The notes under the pieces: generated by a model
What the model was told of the DNA's origin: nothing
The model's database searches: none
The model's input: only the letters and a program-made list of their open reading frames with translations
Program-made: the position numbers and the translations under genes
Part shown: positions 61,369 through 64,000 of the stretch, in pieces
Layout of the letters: each line of letters starts with the position of its first letter
How positions within the stretch are numbered: position 1 is the stretch's first letter
From: a virus
Virus record (IMG/VR): IMGVR_UViG_3300042555_002918
Coordinates: 32,001 to 96,000 of that record
Length of the DNA: 64,000 nucleotides
Reading direction: 5' to 3' (one strand)

Positions 61369-62109
61369 TTATGCATTTTTCAACCCATGATACCGGACAA
61401 GAAGCATTTTTTTTCTTGTGTTGAAATTCTGGTGCAATTTTTCCCAGTCCTTAAGTCCTGACTGACTAAATTCCGTCTTGACCTTTTCGTCATCAAGTTT
61501 CTTAACGGCATCAAGACCATCCCGCTCGGCGTGAGGATGCTGCGAAAACACGTGGTTGAATACTTGAGACGCTTGTTGGTTTTTATGGCGTAGTGAGTCA
61601 TGCTCATCAATGTCCGGACCAAATTCCTTGTGGTCACCCTGGGCTCGAAAGTGAAATGCGCCGCCAGTATCAATGGAATGTAGGTCTCCGGTTTTTGCGT
61701 TCTTTAGGATGTTATCATGCTCTGTTCCGACGATGTCCCAGTTCTTAGTTAGAACTGCAGCGTGGAACATTTTTCCGATCTGACTAGCTTGCGTTGGTGT
61801 CAGATGATGAAAATCTTCAGGTTTGATTTTGGCGAGGTTATCGTCGTACCTAGTAACGACGGCATGTTTTCCTCGAATGACGCGATACTCGGGCTTTACC
61901 GTATGGATGCCCATATGATGATAAATCCTTCCAGCAAGGGCCTCAACCTTGGCCTGGTCGGCATTTTTGTAAAATTTGACGTAATGACGATTACCGGAAC
62001 TGTCGGTGTGAATCCCGCCCTCATTTGAGCCGAGTTGAGTACCTGACACTGGGGTCAGTTCTTGAGAGGTAAACTGCTTAAATGTTTTGATGTTACTCTC
62101 GCTCATCAC
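61369..62109 (-). CDS. HipA/PI3-4-kinase-like protein kinase with CTS-like N-terminus
   Basis: KTFKQFTSQE; G.QLGSN.GG; YVK; E.LA..IY; NWD..G...DN; IDTGG. Confidence 0.7.
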   Translation of the reverse strand: MMSESNIKTFKQFTSQELTPVSGTQLGSNEGGIHTDSSGNRHYVKFYKNADQAKVEALAGRIYHHMGIHTVKPEYRVIRGKHAVVTRYDDNLAKIKPEDFHHLTPTQASQIGKMFHAAVLTKNWDIVGTEHDNILKNAKTGDLHSIDTGGAFHFRAQGDHKEFGPDIDEHDSLRHKNQQASQVFNHVFSQHPHAERDGLDAVKKLDDEKVKTEFSQSGLKDWEKLHQNFNTRKKMLLVRYHGLKNA

Positions 62110-62110
62110 C

Positions 62111-62713
62111 TTACTTCCCTTTCATTTTATCATGATTAAGGGCTGGCCTGTCATCAAATTCTGTCATACCTCGAATTTCATACGCGACGAGAAATCCGGC
62201 GCTAGTAAATGCGTGCCAGAGGTGGGACATGCCTGACTCCTCATCGATAGTGGAGCGACCGGTCATCTTTCCGAGCCACCACTTCCATGAGTGGCGTATC
62301 ATCGCTCCAAACACTCGGCTCCATGCCATGCCGCGTTCCCAGTTGCGCTCAGGATATGCCTTATCTCCTCTCACGCTTGTGCTGACTGCCCATGTCTGCA
62401 CCTGAACCATGGCCTCAAATGCATCAAATGGGGCCAGATCCCATCGGGGCTTTCCTGTATCGAGCTTATATCCACCGAGCCCCGTCTTTGCTTCCTCTTG
62501 GGTAGTTGGCTTTACGATAGTTTCGGTTTCAAGCTCTTCTTCTTCATTTAGCCTACTCGCCAGCTGCTGTTCCATGACGCTCATCTCGTGTGGATTGAGA
62601 ACGACTCTCTTTTCAGAAAGCGAAGTACCCCAGAACGGCTTTACGTTAGTGTCATCTGTTTGAACTGTAGCCCTTACTTCATCCTTCAGCTTGTTGATGT
62701 CTAACTCTCTCAT
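62111..62713 (-). CDS. dATP/dGTP diphosphohydrolase domain protein (DUF5664-like)
   Basis: K.D.GK.RWDL.P; Y..RNW..GM.W.R...A..RH; D.ESG..HL.HA. Confidence 0.8.
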   Translation of the reverse strand: MRELDINKLKDEVRATVQTDDTNVKPFWGTSLSEKRVVLNPHEMSVMEQQLASRLNEEEELETETIVKPTTQEEAKTGLGGYKLDTGKPRWDLAPFDAFEAMVQVQTWAVSTSVRGDKAYPERNWERGMAWSRVFGAMIRHSWKWWLGKMTGRSTIDEESGMSHLWHAFTSAGFLVAYEIRGMTEFDDRPALNHDKMKGK

Positions 62714-63135
62714 GGTTTCCCCCTAGTTTGTGTTTTTAAAATTTGTGGAAAGCATTGCTTGAGTGTCGCCTTCGAGAGGCCAATCTTTATTTGCTTTTTT
62801 GCGGCCTGAATCAGAGTTGCCGCCTCCCTGGGTTCAAGCCTTTCAAGCATCGATTTGAATCTTAGGTTCTTCCTAACCTCAGGTACGTTGGAATCTTTGG
62901 TGAATGTGTGCCACAGCTTTGAAGAGTGGCTGAGTGTCTCAAGCTCATCGTGCTCCTTTCTCTTTAAATAGGGAGCGTCAAGATCGACATCTAAGAACAG
63001 GTCGGGGTCAAAGTTTAGCCTTAAAATCCCAGCAAGCCCCGCACTCATATTAGTGTGTAGAATATCAACCTTTTCCCCTCGGCTCTTCGCCTCTTGGGTT
63101 AGACTAATCACTTCAAAGATATACTTACGCTTCAT
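62710..63135 (-). CDS. Conserved T4-like hypothetical protein
   Basis: I.EV......K...K...L; IL..NFDP; F..MLE.L.P.EA..LI; ATG 63135 preferred. Confidence 0.65.
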   Translation of the reverse strand: MKRKYIFEVISLTQEAKSRGEKVDILHTNMSAGLAGILRLNFDPDLFLDVDLDAPYLKRKEHDELETLSHSSKLWHTFTKDSNVPEVRKNLRFKSMLERLEPREAATLIQAAKKQIKIGLSKATLKQCFPQILKTQTRGKP

Positions 63136-63257
63136 CGTTTCGTTATATTTTGGTCTTGGGAATAGGAGCCTCAAGGAGATCCTTGCTGCAACAATCAACG
63201 CCACCGGGAGTGAGTAATACATTGATTGCATAGTGTTCTGGTGTCTTGTTGCTCACC

Positions 63258-63497
63258 CTACGCAAGCATAATAACGGATGCGGTATCGTGGCGTGGATTA
63301 CCTTTCCGGTGTCGCTCTGGTTTACTCGGCGGACACTTAGAACATCCTGCGTATGGACATGAAAGAGTTTTCTGATACCCCAAATACAGGCATCCATCCT
63401 CAACGTGACCGATAAGCCGACCAAGTGGAGGAGCTTGGTGAGTGGGACGACACGAAGAAAGAATTGAAACTGCTAGGACCAAAATCAGTTTTCTCAT
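63258..63497 (-). CDS. Small putative lipoprotein
   Basis: MRKLILVLAVSILSSC lipobox. Confidence 0.55.
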   Translation of the reverse strand: MRKLILVLAVSILSSCRPTHQAPPLGRLIGHVEDGCLYLGYQKTLSCPYAGCSKCPPSKPERHRKGNPRHDTASVIMLA

Positions 63498-63500
63498 AGC

Positions 63501-64000
63501 CTAAAAATTGTTTGGGTTTACGCCTGCTTGAACGAGGTAGTGGGTTCTTTTTCCGCGAGCAAAAAGGGCGCTCGGAGCGGGTTTTGAGAACTCCTCCAAT
63601 ATTGCATCCCTAATTGTTTCTGGGATGTACTCAAAGCTTATAAGTCTTTGATTACGTTCAAAGTGTGCCTTATAGGTCTCTGGTATACCGCCATCTCCCA
63701 CGAAAAAGTTGTCTATATATATAGAGAACGCCTTTGCAGACACGACGGTCTGGCGCTCATTTAATACGAATACGGCATCCTTGGAGTGTAGATTTGGGAT
63801 GCCATCGTTCCTGTCTCCGCGAATGATCTTCTCTCGCAAGTCATCTTCCGGGGACTCAGTTCGGTACACTGAATCCCTTCGCTTTGAATACTGACTGATA
63901 TATGGGAGCCTATGCAGCTGATGGAAATCTTTATCCTCTGATATGATGATGCTCGGCTCTTGGTTTGTAGTTGCTAGAACAGCTACTACATCATCCCCTT
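63501..64000 (-). CDS. rnh: RNase H / 5'-3' exonuclease, T4 rnh-like (5' part outside the window)
   Basis: Frame open to the window edge: GDDVVAVL..IISEDKDFHQL; KIIRGD..DGIPN; RNQ.LI.F..IP. Confidence 0.88.
   Translation of the reverse strand, partial: GDDVVAVLATTNQEPSIIISEDKDFHQLHRLPYISQYSKRRDSVYRTESPEDDLREKIIRGDRNDGIPNLHSKDAVFVLNERQTVVSAKAFSIYIDNFFVGDGGIPETYKAHFERNQRLISFEYIPETIRDAILEEFSKPAPSALFARGKRTHYLVQAGVNPNNF

Noticed and set aside
1-64000. Stop-codon reassignment as in some large phages
   Set aside because: Core genes are full length under the standard code, and TAA, TAG and TGA all end genes at expected positions.

Overview
This window is 64 kb of a large T4-like myovirus (phage) genome, read with the standard genetic code. 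A spanin pair indicates a Gram-negative host. From about 28 kb to the end it holds recognisable T4-type core genes: gp13, gp14 and gp15 neck/tail terminator, a holin, a tail fibre, a 2126-aa DUF4815-type baseplate protein, gp8, gp7, gp6, gp25, gp5, spanins, Dam, gp61 primase and a partial RNase H. The first 28 kb is an accessory region where short + strand genes alternate with - strand genes that often carry their own T4-type late promoter (NATAAATA). The main unexplained structure is a set of about 17 mostly late genes sharing one of two short leaders ending in an (I/L/V)-x-E site. One leader is a T4-like capsid-targeting sequence (MKTFxxF/YxxE). The other is a second family (MSKKTEQD/ExIAEAI...LxE). 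The leaders are fused to diverse cargo: ADP-ribosyltransferases, a GNAT, an HD hydrolase, a kinase, J-domains, HEAT repeats and shuffled small modules in apparent polyproteins. I infer a modular system of capsid-packaged, protease-matured, injected effectors. Three promoter classes can be read directly from the DNA: late NATAAATA; GG(T/G)AATG(C/T)-N21-TAnnnT; and a TGTTTGAAGGCGGAC motif that is partly nested in sigma28-like sites. Many transcripts look leaderless, and hairpins overlapping late promoters appear to block translation of toxic cargo on read-through RNA. Also present are several structured non-coding RNA candidates, a bacterial-type DUF6879/XRE-DUF5753/formyltransferase cassette, and a BrnT toxin with an internal deletion beside an intact BrnA. 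All family assignments come from motif recognition by eye; no database search was run.
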